Below, in pieces: positions 25,861-38,587 of a stretch of DNA of 64,000 nt. The position numbers and the translations under genes are program-made. This DNA comes from Azolla caroliniana (lineage: Eukaryota; Plantae; Polypodiophyta). The notes below the pieces were generated by a model. The model did no database searches, was not told where the DNA came from, and saw only the letters and a program-made list of their open reading frames with translations. Location of the stretch: assembly GCA_043228905.1 (NCBI GenBank), contig JBHGNT010000022.1:7812001-7876000 (forward strand). The letters run 5' to 3'. Position 1 is the stretch's first letter. The number at the start of each line of letters is the position of its first letter.

Positions 25861-27174
25861 TTCGAGTGTCAGCACTTTGGTCAGCATATCTGACCCGTTC
25901 TCCTCCGTGTGGATCTTTGTCAGCACGAACTCCTGATCTTCAACTCGCTCCCGGATCCAGTGGTACCTACGCTGGATGTGCTTTGTCTTGGAATGATACG
26001 CCGCATTCTTCGCAAGGTGGATGGCACTTTGACTATCACAATAGAGTCGGTATTCCTCTTGTCGGATCCCTAGCTCTCCGATGAAGTCCTTCATCCATAG
26101 TATTTCCTTGCCGGCTTCCACAACTGCCACGTATTCTGCTCCCGTGGTTGACAACGCAGCCATCTTCTACAGCCTCGACTACCACAAAACAACTCTCCCC
26201 GCGTATGTCATGGCATATCCGGATGTGGACCAGCTGGAATCCGCATCAACCGACATATCTGAATTGGTGAAACCGGTAAGTTGGGGTTTACCGGAGCCGA
26301 ATCGGAGACACATACTTGAGGTGCCTTTCAAGTATCAGAGTATCCATTTTACCGCGTTCCAATGCTCCTTGTCGGGATTGCTCATAAACCGGCTCACCAC
26401 TCCAATTGCATATCCGATATCTGGTCGAGTACACACCATTGCATACATTAAGCTCCCGACGGCAAAGGCATATGGTATCTTCATTATATCTGCCTTCGTC
26501 TTCGGCCTTTGCTTACCGGATAACCTGTAGTTTGTCGGGAGTGTCGATCCGACCAGTTTCGCATTTGACATGTTGAACCACTGAAGCACCTTTGTCACGT
26601 ACTTCTCTTGTGACAGCCATAATTTCTTCTTTGGTCAGTCCCGGATTATATGCATCCCCAGTATCTGTCTTGCCGGACCCAAGTCTTTCATTGAGAAGGT
26701 CCGGTTCAGAGCCTTCTTCAGCGTTCGTATCTTGACTTGGTCTCGTCCGACGATCAACATGTTGTCCACGTACAGGAGGAGTATCAGGAAGTCTCCACCT
26801 TCAAACTTCTTCACAAACACGCAGTGATCGGCCTACATCTTGTGGTATCCTTGATCCGTCATGAAGGAGTAGAACTTCTGGTACCATTGCTAGGGAGCCT
26901 GCTTCAAACCGTAGAGGCTCTTCTTCAACCGGAAAACCAAGTGCTCCTTCCCTTTCTTCACAAATCCCTCTGATTGCTGCATGTAGATCTCCTCTTCGAG
27001 GTCACCGTGGAGGAACGTCGTCTTCACGTCTAACTGCTCTACCTCGAGGTCCATGCTTGCCGCTATGCTCAGCACCATCCGGATGGAAGTAATCTTTACT
27101 ACCGGGGCAAATATCTCGTCGAAGTCCACTCCCTTCTTCTGTTGGAACCCCTTCACCACGATCTTGGCTTTGTA

Positions 27175-27340
27175 CCTTGGGAGGTTGCTAGCATCTCCCG
27201 GTTTCAACTTGTACACCCAATTATTCTGGAGTGCCCGCTTTCCTTTTGGCAACTCCACCTTGGGAGGTTGCTGGCATCTCCCGGTTTCAACTTGTACACC
27301 CAATTATTCCGGAGTTCCCGCTTTCCTTTTGGCAACTCCA
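27175..27340. repeat. 83-bp tandem duplication inside the Copia C RT
   Basis: GAGGTTGCT..CAACTCCA occurs at 27181 and 27264. Confidence 0.9.
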
Positions 27341-28333
27341 ATTCATACGTCTGGTTCTCATGCAGGGAATCCATCTCGTCCTGCATGGCATTCAACCACG
27401 TGCGGCTGTGGGTGTCCTCCTTTGCTTCTTCGAAGCTTTCCAGCTCCCCCTCATCGGTCAGCAACACGCGCTCTGCATCCGGAAATCTCTGGGGGGGCCT
27501 TCTCTCTCAAAGAGAATATCTGTGTCTTTGTTTCCGACAACCGGCTCCTCAGTTTGTTCTTCATCCGAATCCAATTCGGGATCTTGGCCGGTTACGATTC
27601 CTGCTTCCTCTTCTTCTTCTATTGGTTCGGTGTCCTCTCCGTAACCGGTTGGTTCTTCGAGTTTCAACCGACTCTTAGCCGGGTAGGTCCGTATTTCATC
27701 GAATCGGTCCTTTTCGGTCGACTCGGAGTTCATTATCTTCTTCTCCGACTCCCAATCGTCAAGAGTCTTGTCCTCCATGAAGATAATATCTCGACTCCGG
27801 AAAACCTTCTTGTCGACCGGATCCCGCACTCAGTAGCCGAACTCATCATCGTCGTATCCGAGGAATATGTTGTCAAGACTGAGAGAGAGAAAGAGAGAGA
27901 AAAAGAGATCGAGAGATAATTGAAAGAGAATTATTATATTGAAGTGTAAAATGGATTACAAAGAGTAGGCTACAAAATGGCGTTGAACCAATTTAGGTTT
28001 AGGATGGGTGGTAGATCCCTATTAATAAGTAATAGAGAACACTCTAGAATATTCTAGGTTATCCTAGAATATAGAGTAATCTAGAAGATCTCTATAGTAT
28101 TCTAGAAGGTTCTTGTGGTATAGAACACTCTAGAATATTCTAGGTTATTCTAGAATGTAGAGTAATATAGAATATTCCTATGATATTAGATTTCATATTC
28201 TAGGGACTATACATATAAGAATATTAATACAATGGTTAAGGATTTGACATGTGTACAACAAGGTTGTGGGTTTAAATCCTTTCGAGTCATAATGTGAGTG
28301 TCATGATCCTTTCGATGCATGATGTGAGTCTTA

Positions 28334-28579
28334 TCATGACACTATCCCCCTTCTTTGACGACACGTTTCACGGGTTGTAGGGTTTGTATTCGGACCTGGT
28401 TTACAAGGATATTGGCGATGAAATGCATTGACGAGTTCTGCAACATTGGAAAGATTTGCAGCAAGTTCCCAAGTTCGATCATTGGGGGTATAGCCTAGCC
28501 AATCGACTAGGTAATACAACTTTTTGTGCACGATTTTAGAATCGAGAACGGCAGCAACTTCAAATTCAGGCCCGTCCAA
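28334..28579 (-). pseudogene. Integrase C-terminal chromodomain
   Basis: EFEVAAVLDSKIVHKKLYYLVDWLGYTPNDRTWE..NL, with aromatic-cage positions F, W, Y present. Confidence 0.9.
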
Positions 28580-28978
28580 GAACTCGACAGGTGGTGGGGG
28601 TGTCGTATGACGGCTCGAATTGAACTTGTAGTATAAGGTTCCAAAAGGGATACATGAAACACCGGATGAAGATGCATGTGCGGAGGGAGGTCAAGACGAA
28701 ATGCAACATCACTTATCTTACCAGTGATCATGTAAGGGCCAAAACGTTGGTAATCCAATTTACTGCAAGGTCGAGAGGTCTTGATGTTGTGTTGGAGAAG
28801 CCATACATGATCCCCAATGCGGAACTTTTTTGAGGAGTCTAGACAATGATGATCGGCAAGCCTCTTGTCTATAAATTGAGCATCGTGCAAATTGTGGATA
28901 ATGTTAGCTTGAATTTCTTGGAGGCGGCTAAGAAGATCCTCGGCAGCAGGGTTGGTAGGAACTTCTGGATGTGCATTC

Positions 28979-29689
28979 TGACAGGAACAACACGCTTCGA
29001 TGAACACCGCTCGGCCACAACCAAGCTTAGAATCAAACACAGAAAACAGGGAATGAAAAACACGACACAAAGGAGAGAAGAGTACACATGATGTTTAACG
29101 TGGAAAACCATGAGAGGGAAAAACCATGGGAGTCCATAGACTCCAAACTATCACTATATCACAATGATTAAAATAGTGAGCTCACGGAGGCAACGACCTC
29201 TTCCTCTCTCTCTCTCTCTCTCTGTACACTGTTACGCGCTCTCTAGTCTTGCGCCAACAAGAATGACAATAACACTTTACTAAGTTTGCCCTAAGTCATA
29301 TTTATACTAATATGACTTTTTGGCTATTTACAAATATAGCTCCGATGGACTCTTAGAAAACATATTTACGAATATGTCCCTTCATCCAGTGAGCACTTCT
29401 CACCGGGCCTTCACCATCCGGCTGTTGCCGGGTACTCCTCATCCGGTTCTCACCGGGCCTTCACCATTCGGCTCTTGCCGGGGACTCCTCATCCGGTTCT
29501 CACCGGGCCTTCACCATCCGGCTCTTGCCAGGGACTCCTCATCTGGTTCTCACCGGGCTTTCACCATCCGGCTCTTGCCGGGTACTCCTCATCCGGTTCT
29601 CACCTGGCCTTCACCATCCGGCTCTTGCTGAGTTTGCTCATCAATACTGTTCTTCTCACTTCCCATCCGGAGGGACCTTTTTCCTAACA
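28979..29689 (-). mobile_element. Solo LTR (Copia C-related family), TSD CATTC, inside the chromovirus integrase
   Basis: TG..CA ends; CATTC at 28974-28978 and 29690-29694; shares TGGAAAAC..GGAAAAACCA and CCCATCCG..GGGACC..TCCTAACA with 33325-33899. Confidence 0.92.
29396..29628. repeat. 50-bp tandem repeat (~4.7 copies) in the solo-LTR U3
   Basis: CACCGGGCCTTCACCATCCGG (with variants) at 29401, 29451, 29501, 29551, 29601. Confidence 0.92.
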
Positions 29690-32600
29690 CATTCATCGTC
29701 CACCAAGGATGACAGCCCGTATTTGCGAAAAATGGGGAATATACTGTAGAAGAATGGGCTGAGTTGTTGTAAGAGAATTCCGCCAAGTGCAAAAAATCAA
29801 CCCAATCATCTTCTTGATAGTTGATGAAACAACGAAGATATTGTTCCAATGTCTGGTTGGTACGCTCTGTTTGGCCATTTGTTTCAGGATGATAGCCCGA
29901 AGAAAGCTTAACTGAAATGTGGAGAAGTTTGAACAGGTGCTTCCAAAACTTTGAGATGAACTGTGGACCATGATCACTAATAATATCATCAGGCATACCA
30001 TGATGCTTAAATACCTCCCGCATAACGAGATCAACCACCTCTTGACTAGTAATCGACTTTGTACATGGCAAGAAATGTCCATAGCGTGTGCGGAAAGCTG
30101 TGTTCCATTCATCCCCCGGGCGAATCCGAACTAGATTATATGCTCTACGAAGGTCCAACTTCGTGAAATATTTTGCACCATTGAGACGTTCCAAAAGATT
30201 CGGGATTAATGGTAGAGCATATTTATTCCGGATAGTCACTTTGTTTAGCCCTCGATAATCCACGACCAACCGAAGAGTCCCATTCTTCTTCTTAACGAAG
30301 AAGATAGGTGCACCAGCAGGGGATCTAGAATGCTGAATGAATCCATTTACCAAATTCTCATCAATATATTCCCGCAAAGTCTATAGCTCTACAGGGGAGA
30401 GATTATAAATTGGGCCACATGGAGGTTCTTTCCTTGGTTGTAAGTCAATAGGGCAGTCGTATGGCCGATGCTCCAGCAATGTATTGGCCTTCACCTTATC
30501 AAAGACATCTGAAAACTCCTTCTATTTCTCTGGTAGTTTAATGTCCGCTTCACATGAAGTAGATGATGGAGTTGCAATTATTGTGAAGACGAACATGGCC
30601 TCGTTCCCCCCTTCCTCCCGCAACTGTCGTAAAGAGATGCGCGATAACTCTGGGGGATCTATTATCACATGTAGGAGAGAGGGATGCGGGGTTTGTGCTT
30701 TTTTCCCGGGTCTCCTCAATTGTTCTTTTCATCCAATCAAGTGAGTCGAGTTTTTTCAGCACAAGTCGAGCTTTGTAGCCTACTCTTTGTAATCCATTTT
30801 ACGCTTCAATATAATAATTCTCTTTCAATTATCTCTCTATCTCTTTTTCTCTCTCTTTCTCTCTCTCAGTCTTGACAGTTTGAACCAATTTAGGTTTGGG
30901 ATGGGTGGTAGATCCCTATTTATAAGTAATAGAGAACACTCTAGAATATTCTAGGTTATCCTAGAATGTAGAGTAATCTAGAAGATCTCTAGAGTATTCT
31001 AGAAGGTTCTAGTGGTATAGAACACTCTAGAATATTCTAGGTCATTCTAGAATGTAGAGTAATATAGAATATTCCTATGATATTAGATTTCATATTCTAG
31101 AGACTATACATATAAGAATATTAATACAATGGTTAAGGATTTGACATGTGTACAACAAGGTCGTGGGTTCAAATCCTTTCGAGTCATAATGTGAGTGTCA
31201 TGATCCTTTCGATGCATGATGTGAGTGATATCATGACATATGCAAGGCTGGGACTTTGGGTCCAACTTTGCTCTCCGGTCCTTTGCCACATGCACGTAAG
31301 TGAGACACCCGAAAACCTTCAGATGCCGGTAAGACACTTCATTACCGGTCCACACTCTCTACGGCGTGTCTCTGTCCAAGGGCACTGAGGGTGATCTGTG
31401 TATCACGTACGTCGCTGTCAGCAGTGCCTCAGCCCAAAACGTCTTGGGTAACTTTGCATGTGCTAGCATACTCCGGACCCTCTCCATTATGGTCTGGTTC
31501 ATCCTCTGGACCAGCCCATTTAGTTCCGGCGTCTTCGGCATGGTAAATTTGAGCCGGATGCCCTTCGAGCGGCAGTACTCCTGGAAATGCCCCCGCCCGA
31601 TATTCTCCTCCGTTATCTGCTCGAACCGCCTTCAGCTTCCAACCGGTTTTTCTTTCCACTCTCGCGTGGAGCTCCTTGAAAACAGATAACACCTGATCCT
31701 TCGTCTTCAGCAGTGTGGCCCACAGCTTCCAGTTGTGGTCATCTATGAACGTCACGAAGTACTCGATCCGGCATGTGACTTCATGTCCACTGGACACACA
31801 TCGGTATGCACCAACTCTAGTGGTACATTATGTCTCATTGGTGGCCTTGATTGGAAGGAGGTCTGGTTTTTCTCATCGGCCAGGCAGTCGGTGCACTTCT
31901 CAAGGTGCACGTCTTTCACCGGAATGAGGTTGTCATCAACAAGCCTCTTCATCCCCTTCTCATTCATGTGACACATTCTCTTGTGCCACAACTCACCCGC
32001 AATGTCGGATGCAACGTTCACTTCTTTTCAGGATAATCGGGCATTCATTAGGCACAGTGTGTTGACTTTCCGGGCCTGAGCCACTATTAGGCTCCCTTTT
32101 GCAGAACTTCATGACACTGTTCCAGATGCTACCTATGTAGCCTTGATCATCTAGTTGACCGGTTGATATCAGGTTCAGTCGAACCTCCGGAACATGTCGG
32201 ACATCCTTCAGCAGCAACTTGCATCCGGTTGATGTCGTCAACAACACATCTCCTATGCCGATAATTCGGCATGTCCCTTCATTCCTCATCCGGACACAGC
32301 CGTGCTCACCGGCTGTGTACGATGAGAAGCATTTCCGGTCCAGGGTCAGGTGGAACGACACTCCGGAATCGACAACCCACGTTGTCTCGTCGCCGGCAAT
32401 GTTCAACTCACTCTCCTCGGTGATGAGCATCAACTCTTCTTCACTTGCCGCGATTGTTGTCGTTCCCTTTCAGTCCGGTCCCCTCCGATCTTTACCGTTC
32501 CGGTCCGGTGACCGCTTCGAATTAGTACTGTCGGTTTCCTTGTCTTTTCGGAAGTGCCGACAGTTCCTCTAGAAGTGTCCTAGCTTGCCACAATAGAAGC

Positions 32601-35139
32601 AAGTAGGCCTCCCCCTTGACTTTGACCGTGTCCCCGACTTTTCCTGGTTCTGGGGACTACGGTTCCTTTGTCTTCCGCATTCCGATTCGGTAAGGAGCGC
32701 TTTGGAGTCGGAGATCATATCTTTGTCTTTCTGACGCGCCTCCTCATCTAGCAAGCTCAACTTGACTCTTGCTAGGGATAACTGTTTTCCTTCCAGCCCG
32801 GCGTTACCCAAAGTGACAACTAATGTCTCCCAGCTATCCGGGAGGGAACCGAGCAGGAGTAGTGCTAGTACCTGATCGGCTAGAGGTACTTCCAACGATG
32901 TTGCCTGGTGAATCAGCCCCTGGAAGGCATTCATGTGCTTTGCCATACTGGAGCCTTCTTGGTACCGGAGCCTCACTAGCTTCCGAAATACCGAAACCCG
33001 ATTAACAACATTTTTGTTCTGAAACATAATGCCGATCTTCTCCCAGAGTTCATGAGCCTTGCTCTCCTCATTGAAGTTGTTGTACAGGCTCATGTCGATG
33101 AAGCACCAGATGTAAGGTGTTGTCTTCATGTGCATAACCTCCCACACTGTGGCGTCGATCTTGTCTAGTCTTTTGTCCCCGAACTGAGCCGGCAACCAAA
33201 GATCTTTCACAACGAGCATGTCCCTCATCTTCGACTTCCACATTGAGTAGTTGGTGCCGGTGAGCTTGAACATGCCTCCCAACGAATCTTCCATTTTCTG
33301 TGTCGTTTCACTCTAATACCAGTTTGTAGAGAATATGCAGAATAATCTTCGGCCACAATTGAGACTTAGATCACTTAATGATAATTAAACACAGAAGAAA
33401 TGAGAAATGGAAGTAAGTACAGAAACAGAAGAGAATGCACAGGATGTTAACATGGAAAACCCTAAACGGGAAAAACCACGAGAGCCCACAGACTCCAAAC
33501 TATCACTATGTCGAGAGGAATACAACAGGTAAACATGGAGGCAGCGACCTCGTACTCACACTCTTCTTCTGGCGGTGGTTACAACAGAGACTTACTCTAT
33601 TTCTCTCTCTCTCTCTCTCTGTTACGCTCTGTATAGCAGTTACACTCAATAACTCTATACAAAATAATGACAACACACACAGTTACTATTTGCCCTAGGT
33701 CATATTTATACTAATATGACTTTCGGGCTAATTACAAATATAGCCCTTGTGGGCTCTTTGGAACATATTTACATATATGTCCCTTCATCCGATGAGATGT
33801 TCTCATCGGGCCTGCAACATCCGGTTCTCATCGGGCCTTCATCATCTGATTCTCACCGGCCCTTCATCATCCCATCCGAAAGGGACCGAAATCCTAACAT
33901 TAGGATTCATGTCTACCATGCGAAGTTGAAACATATTGAGGTGTGGTTTCATCATATCCGAGAGCTTGTAACAGAGAAGAAGCTTGAAGTCGGGAAGGTC
34001 GACATCAAGATGAGCATCGTTGATTTCTTGACGAAATCAGTCCCATATCAACGCTTCAGAGCATAGAGGTTAATGAGGGGATTAAGACAAGCGACAGAGT
34101 AGAAGAGAGTTGAACAAACAATCGTAGCAAGTAAGTCGATGACCAACTCGATTGGATAAACCGAAGAAGCAAAGTCCAAAGAATCGGAAAGGCAAAAGGC
34201 TAAGGACATAGCCTAGTGCGAGGATGTCAAATGGAAAGAAAACGATCGACGGACGAGCAAAGCCAAAGATAGATCGAGGATCCAACGGGGAGGACAAGAG
34301 CCAGCCGATCAAAACGAACGAGCCGATTTGGATGCAAGACAATTCAAATCCACACGATCCAATTGACCTAATCCTGCCGAACTAGGCTAGATTCTGACTT
34401 TACCTCTACAGACTCGGTGGAATGTTGACTACCTTGTATGTATACAATTGTAACTTTAGATCAAAACTGTAATCTAGGTTCACGGGGGAGATAACCCCAA
34501 TTATTTGTATACATAGGAAGAGTAGACCTTTTAGGGGGGAGTTTGTTGGTATAACAGGCTAACTCCTTCCACTTTGTATACTTAATGTAAACACATCTTC
34601 GAGTTAGGGGTTCTGTATATATATAAGCCCAACTGTAACATTGTGTGAGAGAGTGTTTTTTCATAAGAGAATAAACAGAGTCTCCATTAGAGCTTAACTA
34701 TGTCTATCCTACCTTCTATTTTCTATTTTCATTCATATTCTGTCTGTGTTGTTTGTTGCACACATTTTCTATAGGTCCTCACATATTCTTCTGCACATCA
34801 TATTCTATAATATATTCTATATTGAAGTACATATTTAAACACATCACTTATCATGTGTCTCTTTTTTGCTATTTAAGAATTTTCGCAAGACCAATATCTA
34901 CTACCAATCAAACAACATTTTGGGTGTCCTAAAAGCTCGTAAAAACATGCCTTCTCTAGACATTGGGACAAAGAATTAGGGTGATTACAGAGAGAGCCAG
35001 AGATATGTGCGATAATTTAGATATAATAAGGGTTTCTATGTAGATTTAAATCAATTCCCATAGATTTTGTGGAGATAAGAAATTTGGATGGTTGTCTACC
35101 ACCTCCAATGTGGCTCAATCGCGTTAACTCTTAGTGTTT

Positions 35140-35275
35140 TGGAAGAGGTATTCAAGAATATGATGTGGTGTCATGGATTACTCTAATAGAGGTTTATATC
35201 GAATTAGAGTTCGGTGAAGACGCAGTCCATTGTTTCTATCAAATGCAAAGAGAAGACATATTCTTTAACGTGGCA
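35140..35275 (+). pseudogene. Short PPR relic
   Basis: DVVSWITLIEVYIELEFGEDAVHCFYQMQREDI, a P-type PPR motif. Confidence 0.65.
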
Positions 35276-36467
35276 TCTAATAATGTTGTAATTGAAGGTT
35301 GTGTTAAACATATACGACACAAGATATCCCTACACATATGGCCATATGCAAGGGCAAGGTCTATTGCCCAATCAAACAACATATTTTCTACCCATATATT
35401 TGAACTTTTGGTGAGTGAATTATTTAGTCTTCTAGTTAGCCTAAACATTTTGAAGAATCTTGTTGCACTAATGGTGATAGGCTTATAACTTAGTGGTTTC
35501 CTTTTTTGATTATGGTCCCATGAAAAGAATGGTATATATCTAATTGCTAGTGGTGATCTAGAGTTCAACAGGTATTCTCTTCTCATTTATGTGTAATAAT
35601 CATTTACATATACTATTTAAAATGTTTACATCAATAATGAAAAAAGGAAGAAAGAAAGATAGTTAGAGAGAGAGAGATGGACAAACGTTATGGCTCAAAG
35701 CTAGTTGGGCCATAGTTGAAATGTTTGGTTGTCATCAATCAGAGACCGTGCATAATGTGAATACTGAAATAATTTATGGTGGATGGGAAGCTCTAAAAGA
35801 GAATCAACATGATTTCTGGCACAACAAATAGTGACCTCTCATTGATAGCCTAATCCAATAGCTCTCTAACACATGGTAAATCAAATAAATCCAAAGCTTC
35901 TCGTTTGCATGGTTAACGGTACACAAACAAGGACCTTTGTCTTTTCTACATTTCTAAAATGTGTGTGAGCTCGACAAATGTTACAGCTCAACGCTAGTTG
36001 AAAATTGAAATGTTTGATTGTCATCCGTTGGAGACCGTGCATGATGTGGACACTGAAATAATTTATGGTGCATAGGAAGTAGCTAAATTTAATAGTTTTT
36101 GCAAAACATTGGAACAACAAAATCTCTAAAAGAGAACCAACATGATGATTAAGTGTTGTACTCGGTGAAGGCTTTGCCCCAGGGCAGCATGTACAACCTC
36201 TCCCCTAAGGCATTATTGTCCTCTATATGAATTGGTGAGAACTACATGAATATAGCCAACACGTGAGCATTGTGTAAAGAAAGAAGTACGCAAGATTAGA
36301 CAAGAGAGGGCAATGGAATGGGCGTAACTTGGCGCATCATCGACGAGCACGACAATCGAAAGTCCTCCTAATTTATGGTGCATAGGAAATTAGCTAAATT
36401 TAATAGTTTTCGAACACATGGAAAAGGCAGCACGTACAAACTCTTGCCCAAGGCATTATCCCTCCCC

Positions 36468-36475
36468 TATATAAA
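36468..36475 (+). promoter_or_regulatory. TATA box of the UGT gene
   Basis: CC-TATATAAA 79 bp upstream of ATG 36547; also conserved (CTATATGAA) in the upstream duplicate. Confidence 0.65.
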
Positions 36476-36546
36476 GTGGTGAGAAGTCCATGAATATATC
36501 CAAAGAGTGAGCATTGTGTAAAGAAAGAAGGCTAGACAAGAGGGCA

Positions 36547-38102
36547 ATGGAAGGGGTGTTGGCGCATCATGGACGAGCACGACAACCGCATGTCCTCCTT
36601 TTGCCGTTCCCGGCACAAGGTCACATAAACCCTCTTATCGATTTAGGGGAACGATTGGCCGCTTCGGGCATATTGTCTACACTTGTCCTCCCACGGGGCA
36701 TGTTGTCCAAGGGGCTCGTAGTCCCCGAGAAGCATCTCCTCATCCGCTTCGCGACCCTCGACCTCCCGTCGGAGATTGACGCGAAGCTGTCATCGGGAGA
36801 CCAATCGTGGGAGATGTTTGAGATTGTCGACACCGAGATCCTCGGCCCTCTTAGGACCTTCATGACCGCTTATCGTGCCACCAATTCAGGTGCCAGTGCC
36901 ATTGTAGGTGAGCAGCACCTTGAGATTCTGCCGCCCATTTCTTGCCTCATTTCGGACAGCTTCATGCCCTGGACCGTGGAACTGGCCTGCGAGATGGGCG
37001 TCCCGAGGGTCGAAATGTGGACCGCCTCCGCCACCGCCTACGTCTTCGGCTGTTCCATACTACCACTCATCTCAAAGGGCCTCTTACCCTTCATTCAAGG
37101 TACATTCTCTCTCTCTCTCTCACACACACACTCTCTCTCTCACTCCCTGCATGTCTCCTCATTACTGATTCTTCTCCAACAGGTACACAGGACATTGTGC
37201 TTGACTTTCTGCCTGGCATCTCCACCTCCCGATTGGGTAACGTGCCTGTAGAAACCCTGAAAACAAAGGATCTTACACACCCATTCTTTCAAATCATCGT
37301 TCAATCCTTCTTGCGTGGCGCCGAATCTCAGCGAGTCCTCGTGAACTCTTTTGACGGGGTCGAGGCCGGCGCAATGGAGGCATTGAGAGCAAAGAATGTG
37401 AAGATGACCCCCATTGGCCCAACATTTGGGGTAGGACATAAGAAGGACAGCCCTAGCCTTTTGGATGAGGCTCAATCCAAATGCTTGCAGTGGCTTGATA
37501 AGCAAGCACCCAAATCGGTAGTGTATGTGGCCTTCGGGTCAGCCGGATTCTTGTCGAGGGAGGAGATGCGGGAGTTAGTGGCCGCATTGGAGGCGTTCGG
37601 GAGGCCGTTTTTGTGGGCGATTCGCGATGGCTCCGCCACCGAATCGCTCCCCGTGAGTTTCCGCGCCGGTAACCTTCCTACCGAGAAAGGCCTCATAGTG
37701 TCGTGGGCACCCCAGAGGCATGTATTGGAACATGGATCGGTGGGAGCTTTCGTGAGCCATTGTGGGTGGAATTCCCTGTTGGAGAGTATTTGGAACGGTG
37801 TTCCTGTCGTGGGGTGCCCTCGCATGGCGGAACAAAACACCAACATGTGGCTTGCCCAAGAATGGGGCATTGGGGTGGCGGGTGTGGACACGATGATGGG
37901 CGGCATAGGGAGCCTACGTAGCACCACCCTCGTAAATGCGTTGCAACGTGTAATGGGAACGGTAGGTGTCGACGACGAATCCTTAACTCAGGTTAAATTG
38001 AGGAAGAAGGTGGTTGAGATGGCGGCGATTGCACGTGCTGCCATTTCGCCCTCCGGAACCTCCACCCTGGCATTCCAAGAGTTTGTGGATGAACTCCTTT
38101 GA
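36547..38102 (+). CDS. UGT: Family-1 UDP-glycosyltransferase, 490 aa; exons 36547-37099 and 37183-38102
   Basis: HVLLLPFPAQGHINP (catalytic His), LISDSF (Asp), CLQWLDKQAPKSVVYVAFGS, full PSPG box WAPQRHVLEHGSVGAFVSHCGWNSLLESIWNGVPVVGCPRMAEQ. An 83-bp phase-1 GT-AG intron joins the two ORFs without stops. Confidence 0.95.
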
Positions 38103-38587
38103 GGGTAAAATGCTAGTGAAAGAAGCAAAAGAAAGAAACATGTCTGCAAACCCATGAAATCATGCAATGTTTGAATCAAACTCCATAATGTGCTAATGTG
38201 TTGCTAACTCCATAATGTTTAGGATAAGCCAGCCTTGATTCGCAAACATTGGTATCATCTTTGGTTAAGTCACTGTGTTCTGCTGTGTTGGCTTATATGT
38301 GTTTACTGGTATGTGATTGATGTATTATAACCATGCTTGGCACGTCCACGTTGGTAGAGTTAATGTTCACCATGGCACTTTCAAAGATTGAAAGACCATG
38401 AGGATGATAATAATAGATAATAAAACTAGATGGCATGTGATCCAACAAGCTCCTATAGATACTTAGTCAACACCAATAATTAACTCCAAATATTGATGGT
38501 AGTACATATAGGTCACCAGCTAACCCTCCCTCCACAATGACTCACATCCCTTGAAATGTAATAAAAAACACATTACGTACTACTTAA

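Larger units (their letters stand above)
27871..31238 (-). mobile_element. Chromovirus (Ty3/Gypsy, Tcn1-like), internally deleted; 3' LTR 27871-28341, rearranged 5' LTR 30772-31238; TSD TATGT/TATGC
   Basis: LTR TGTCATGATA..CTTGACA; PPT AAAGAAGGGGGATAG; RT ([20 protein letters not shown]), integrase ([20 protein letters not shown]). Removing it restores Copia C KSQPCIFLGY. Confidence 0.94.
25858..33899 (-). mobile_element. Ty1/Copia 'C' (Tnt1-like): 5' LTR 33325-33899, gag 33294-32569, pol decayed, 3' LTR missing; interrupted at 27871-31238
   Basis: PBS TGGTATTAGAG at 33321-33311; gag MEDSLGGMFKLTGTNYSMWK..CFYCGKLGH; WVVDSG; LWHKRMCH; LLYVDN; YHSKTKHIQRRYHWIRE. Confidence 0.93.
17885..34070 (+). 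mobile_element. Old degenerate Ty1/Copia 'A' (host of nested insertions); remnants 17885-17994, 22992-24825, 33900-34066
   Basis: Integrase GITHHWTIPYTPMQNGVAERINQTIQERVTAML continues after 22991 (AMLQQSGL). RT relics (WELVKLPAGRKPLPCK, QMDVKTAFLH). RNase H end YHAKLKHIEVWFHHIRELV..DFLTK. Linking the last piece to the same element is inference. Confidence 0.75.

Noticed and set aside
27053-27919. 288-aa plus-strand ORF and similar antisense ORFs over Copia/Gypsy pol
   Set aside because: Shadow frames of minus-strand retroelement coding sequence; this one crosses an insertion boundary.
34544-34917. Possible 3' LTR of Copia A after AGGGGGGAG (TGTTG..CAACA)
   Set aside because: Plausible, but there is no partner LTR or TSD in the window to confirm the ends.
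36514-38102. UGT as a frameshifted pseudogene or two genes
   Set aside because: The 83-bp GT-AG intron (37100-37182) joins both ORFs in frame.
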